Source of the DNA: a virus
Lineage: Duplodnaviria > Caudoviricetes
Strand: one strand, 5' to 3'
DNA length: 54,629 bases
IMG/VR virus record: IMGVR_UViG_3300038696_000641
Coordinates: 1 to 54,629 of that record
The first letter of the stretch is position 1, and every line of letters starts with the position of its first letter. Positions 50,933 to 54,629 of this stretch are shown here, one piece after another. The position numbers and the translations under genes are program-made. The notes beneath the pieces are model-generated. The model was given only the letters and a program-made list of their open reading frames with translations. It searched no databases and was not told where the DNA came from.

Positions 50933-51387
50933 TGCCCACAAAAATTGTTCGCAAGCCGGAACACGTCAAGGCTCTCGCAGATATACTCCGCAAACGTAAG
51001 CTGCCGCTGACAGTAACGTGGACGCAAGGTGCACCGCGCACAAAGTCGCAGAACAGGCTGGCGCAGCGTTGGTTCAGTGACATTGCGATGCAGATGGGCG
51101 ACCGGACGCATGAAAATGTACGCGCAGAGTGCAAGCTCATGTTTGGCGTGCCGATAATGCGCGCAGCAAACACGGCTTATGACCTGTCATACAGCAAGGT
51201 GTTTGACAGCCTGACCTATGAAGAGTCGCTGCAAGCAATCGAGGTGCTACAGCTTCCAGTCACGCGCTTCATGCTCGTTCCACAGATGAATGAATTTATG
51301 ACCAAAATGAGTGAATACTGGACGCGCAATGGCGTTCGTCTGACCGATCCAGAAGCATTCAAGTACGAGCAGGAGTTTCAAGACTGA
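50932..51387 (+). CDS. NinB-like recombination protein
   Basis: RTKSQNRL...W..DIA and T..M...QM.EF...M motifs. Confidence 0.65.
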   Translation: MPTKIVRKPEHVKALADILRKRKLPLTVTWTQGAPRTKSQNRLAQRWFSDIAMQMGDRTHENVRAECKLMFGVPIMRAANTAYDLSYSKVFDSLTYEESLQAIEVLQLPVTRFMLVPQMNEFMTKMSEYWTRNGVRLTDPEAFKYEQEFQD

Positions 51388-51752
51388 TGGCGCGTAGAGA
51401 GTTTCCAATATCCGTAAAGCGCTCAGCTTATGACCGCTCAAAAGGTATATGCGAATGTGGCTGCGGCCAACCATTCACAGACCACCCAAAAGAGCGGCCA
51501 GTGTATGACCACATTGTGCCTGATGCCCTTGGGGGGGAGCCGGTGCTGGATAACTGCGCGGCGATCCGCAAGGCTTGCCATGACGTCCGCACATTTCAGA
51601 AGGGCGGCGACATCACCAAAATTGCAAAAGCGAAGCGCGGTGAGCGCGGCAGGTTGGGGCTTGAAGGCAAGAAGTCGACCTTGCCGGGTGGAAGGGGCAG
51701 CCGTCTCAAGATGAAAGTTGACGGAACCGTTGTATTGAGGGACGCAGAATGA
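51387..51752 (+). CDS. HNH endonuclease
   Basis: CECGC...YDHIVP..LGG....NC......CH. Confidence 0.85.
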   Translation: MARREFPISVKRSAYDRSKGICECGCGQPFTDHPKERPVYDHIVPDALGGEPVLDNCAAIRKACHDVRTFQKGGDITKIAKAKRGERGRLGLEGKKSTLPGGRGSRLKMKVDGTVVLRDAE

Positions 51753-52714
51753 CCGCCCGCAGCATCATCGAAGCTCGTCTGGGCCGCAAATGGCCCGCCA
51801 CACGCGCTCTTTCACGCGATCAGCGGACAGCAATCAAGAATTTGGCAATCCAGCTTATCAAGAATGCGGCCGCGCGCCGCGCGGGCAACCCCGCCTGCCC
51901 GCCCTGCAATTCAATGTGCAATCAGGGCCGCGATTGCCCCGCACGCCAGCGAAAAGGATAGCGGAATGTTTGAAGGACCAATGCCTGATCATTCGCCGCG
52001 CCACCTCGCCATTACCGCGCGTTTCGCCTGTGAACAGGACGCCCTGACCCAGCTTGCAGAAGCCTGTGAACCCGACGAGCGCACATATCTTCAGGACTGC
52101 GCCAAAGATAGCAGCGATGCCCTGCAATTCGCATGGAACGGATGGTGGTATCGCCATGAAACAGACCGGCCTTGGACGCCCGCGATGACGGAGTACCAAA
52201 AAGCCCTACTGGCACTGCGGTCAAGCGATCAGGGCGGCATCGATTGCGATGCGGCATTCCCGCGGGGGAACAGTGGATACCTTGGAAGGAAGACAAGATG
52301 ACAGACCAATCACAATGGGACTGGTTTTACGCCGCGTCCGAAGAAGGCCCCTATACAGGCCAGTTTGACAGCCGCGACACGGCCATATCAGAGGCCCAAA
52401 GCGATTATGGTGCCGATGGGTTTTGGATTGGCGAAGCAAAGAACCCACCAGTCCGCTTGGCCGACTGGATCGGGGCTGACCGGATACTCGAACTCGCAGG
52501 CGAAAGCCTTTGGGACAATGATCGCATTTCCTCGGAGTTTGACGATGGCGATGTGTTCGTTTGCACCAAGGAGCAGGAAACCGACCTGATCACGCGCATG
52601 AAGGCCGCCTGTGATGAATGGCAGGCCGCGCACGGTCTTATTTTCAGGACATACACGTTTGAGCAGATGCGCAATGTGGAGTTCATCGAGGCGAAAGAGG
52701 GCAGCGACACATGA
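51749..52714 (+). CDS. three hypothetical genes (51749-51961, 51966-52301, 52298-52714)
   Basis: Closely packed or overlapping ORFs on the early strand. Confidence 0.5.
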
Positions 52715-52772
52715 CCGACAAACCAATCACAACAGCGCCATCCCCTGCCTACCGCCCAAGGAGGACTATCCT

Positions 52773-53402
52773 ATGAAAACCCTAACACGCAACCACTCAG
52801 AGCTAACGCTTGAGGTCAAATCCCACATTGAAGCCGATGCGCTGATTAAAGGCGAATACTGGAATGGCTCAAAAGGCTGCTTTATTGGATGCCTAACGCA
52901 TTCCAGCAACCCCAAGCCCGCATTTAAGCGGTTCGGATTGCCAGAGCCATTAATGCGGATTGCAGAGAACATCTTTGAGGCGCTTCCAGACGATGAAGGC
53001 CGCGCGTTTTTTGCCGCGCTACCTGCAGCTGTTGCTTGCGACGGTAAAGACCTGTCGCGAGTTCATTGGGCTTTCCTTGCCGCTGAACTGAAAACATTGC
53101 CCGATTTACCGGATAACGTGCAAGCAACAATTGATCCAGTTATAGTTGGTATGGACCTTCTTGCTGATGGCGGTGATTGGCCAAAAGATGCTGCCGCCCG
53201 TGCCGCCTCCGATGCCGCCCGTGCCGCCTCCGATGCCGGCGATGCCGCAGACTATGCCGCCCGTGCCGCCGCCTATGCCGCCCGTGCCGCCTCCGATGCC
53301 GCCGATGATGCCACATACTATGCCGCCGCTGCCCGTATTCGTCAGTGCAATACCTTGCTTCGCCTGATCTCAGAAGCACCTGTATTGGAGGAAACACAAT
53401 GA
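52773..53402 (+). CDS. hypothetical protein with AARAA/ASDA repeats
   Basis: AAGGAGG RBS; KGCFIGC motif; 21-bp near-tandem repeats at ~53190-53300. Confidence 0.65.
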   Translation: MKTLTRNHSELTLEVKSHIEADALIKGEYWNGSKGCFIGCLTHSSNPKPAFKRFGLPEPLMRIAENIFEALPDDEGRAFFAALPAAVACDGKDLSRVHWAFLAAELKTLPDLPDNVQATIDPVIVGMDLLADGGDWPKDAAARAASDAARAASDAGDAADYAARAAAYAARAASDAADDATYYAAAARIRQCNTLLRLISEAPVLEETQ

Positions 53403-54629
53403 CCGACACACCAATCACAACAGCCGCACAGATGCAGGAAGCGGCGGCGCGTGTCGCAAAAAATCAAGAATGCAAGCGCCGTCCATTTGACGATTGGGAC
53501 AAAGGAAATAACAGCGCAGTAATAGGAATTTGTGCAGCCATCCGCGCCATCCCCGTTACCGAGCCTGACGTTCAGGTGAAGGAATTGGAGTGGGACGCAT
53601 TAGACGAGGACGAGTACGGCCTTGCTGCAATAGCTGATGGAATGGGCATAACATACGAGGCAGGCATCGACGCAGATGGGTTTGCCTCCTGGTGTGAACA
53701 TAAGACAATCGAAGGGCGATATGTTGTTGTTGAAGGTAACGAAATGGATGCTATGGCCGCAGCACAAGCCGACTTTCAGAGCCGCGTCAGGGAGCGCCTG
53801 AAATGAGTGATAGAGCAATCGAGCCAAGCGATGTTGAACGCGGCGAGTGGCCTGACACAACGAGAAATTATGTGGAGTGGCTAGAAGCCCAAGCCGCCCG
53901 CATTGAGGAGTTAGAGGGGGCTGCTAAAGCGGTTGAGGACTGGTGGTTGGACACTGGAATGCACAATCAAAAGGGCGCTCCATACTGTATATTTGCCATT
54001 CGCGCAGCCCTGAAAGGCGGTGACACATGAGTGATACGCCACAAATCGAATGGCCACGCGAAATCTGGATGGCAGAGCGCGAAGACCACGACCAAGGTGT
54101 TGTCAGCGCGGTGCTTTCCGAACACGCCACGATTGCCCGCTGGGAAGGCGACAAAGAGCGCGACCGCGACTTTCACAAATACGTCGATGGCGACATTCAT
54201 GACACCGCAGAGCGTTACTACCAAAGCATCATTGAGGCAGAGCGCAACAGCGTCGCCAACCTCAACCGGTGCCTGCGTGAAAAAGACGCCGCCATGACAC
54301 AACTGTTCCGTCTGCTGGACAAGCATGGCGTCGATTACAGCCACCTGATTTCGTGAGGGAATAAATATGACTGATCACATTCCAAAAAATCGTTGGGTGA
54401 AGGTTGTTCAAGCCGACACGCTTATGGACCTCTTGGAAGCATACGCCCGTGTGATTGTGCGGACAGAACAGGAGCAGCAATGACCCACCTTTCCTATGAC
54501 ACCGCCCGTTGCCTCAAGACCGACGACAACTGGGATTGCCCGCTTGCGCGTTACTGCCTGCGCCGGACCGACAAGGGACGCGCCGAATATCAGGCGTTTA
54601 CCGCGTTCAAGGGCGGCGCTGACTGCGAT
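53399..54629 (+). CDS. cluster of hypothetical genes (53399-53806, 53803-54030, 54027-54356, 54367-54483, 54480 to window end)
   Basis: Mostly ATGA-coupled ORFs; the last runs off the window. Confidence 0.5.

Noticed and set aside
53187-53335. GCC-rich repeats and a Pro/Met-rich alternative-frame ORF (53146-53367)
   Set aside because: Low-complexity Ala repeats of the 52773-53402 protein, common in phage early genes.
4446-54629. Additional DGR variable repeats
   Set aside because: No second TR-like segment or RGGxW...GFR C-terminus noticed by eye; a BLASTN of TR against the window would be decisive.

Overview
A ~54.6 kb, apparently near-complete temperate podovirus-like (pro)phage. The host is probably alphaproteobacterial (inferred from GapR/DUF2312 and an alpha-type RHH gene). 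Minus strand, 47.7 kb to 127: cro-like regulators, GapR, HNH, ssb, RusA-like nuclease, a replication initiator with iterons, a C5-methyltransferase, accessory genes, terS/terL, portal, scaffold, a csrA-like gene missing from the ORF track, an N4-gp56-type major capsid, adaptor/tail genes, a second tail-fibre module, internal virion proteins, a 4915-aa DarB-like polyvalent protein, an Ala-rich tail fibre, a complete diversity-generating retroelement (DGR) and a lysis cassette. In the DGR, TR and VR differ at 17 positions, all template adenines. Plus strand, 47.8 kb to the end: CI-like repressor, Rad52/Sak recombinase, NinB-like, HNH and small hypothetical genes. No integrase is visible. The most unusual signal is five tandem pairs of 16-bp NrdR-box-like pseudo-palindromes (spacings 31, 32, 31, 30, 41 bp), each in front of a late gene block. 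They suggest that late genes are coupled to host dNTP sensing, or that the phage titrates NrdR. Second, the csrA-like gene sits directly upstream of a capsid leader carrying a CAGGAUG hairpin and three more GGA motifs. All family calls come from recognising motifs by eye; no database search was run.
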